Below, piece after piece: positions 63,881 to 64,000 of a stretch of DNA of 64,000 nucleotides. Both the position numbers and the translations under genes were made by a program. A model generated the notes under the pieces. The model saw nothing but the letters and a program-made list of their open reading frames with translations. It was not told the DNA's origin and ran no database searches. How positions within the stretch are numbered: position 1 is the stretch's first letter; each line of letters starts with the position of its first letter. The stretch is from contig CM119268.1 in assembly GCA_051294375.1 (NCBI GenBank), positions 13,151,770-13,215,769 on the forward strand. Direction: 5' to 3'. This DNA is from Paraspadella gotoi (lineage: Eukaryota; Animalia; Chaetognatha).

Positions 63881-64000
63881 CATTAATAAATAATTTTCTA
63901 CTTTCCTGACGAATAATTTTTTGTAATAAGTTTTGAGCAAACGAAGTGCCGGATCTGCCCACGATCATTAGCGGTAAGTTGCTGATTAATTTAATAATTA

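Overview
AT-rich eukaryotic (invertebrate-like) nuclear DNA with spliceosomal introns, CpG-rich exons, many (GA)n microsatellites and a 25-N scaffold gap at 23879-23903; I cannot name the organism. 1-17 kb is repeat-rich and looks error-prone, with only weak exon candidates. 18.3-22.7 kb (+) encodes a ~1,110-aa protein with a degenerate Roco COR-like region fused to a FAM111-like trypsin protease. A 655-bp TRIM with tRNA-like LTRs and a tRNA-Trp primer site follows it. The block 18.4-23.9 kb recurs inverted at 25.3-30.8 kb, and split hAT ends with an 8-bp TSD show that 23.9-30.8 kb is flipped (assembly artefact or alternative transposition). 31.0-38.6 kb (-) is a multi-exon secreted cysteine-rich protein. 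Three exons of a minus-strand MMP (39.3, 45.3, 49.1 kb) splice in phase, and each intron between them holds a whole antisense gene: VWA5A-like (VIT+vWA) and a ZZ-like/coiled-coil/RING E3 ligase. 49.4-63.9 kb, apparently the next MMP intron, holds 19 full-length tRNA genes plus a Phe fragment. These cover 18 of 20 amino acids nearly once each (no Cys or Tyr seen) and lie among DINE-1/HINE-like repeats, MITEs, a minimal hammerhead and a 2.6-kb foldback. All domain calls come from motif recognition by eye, not database searches.
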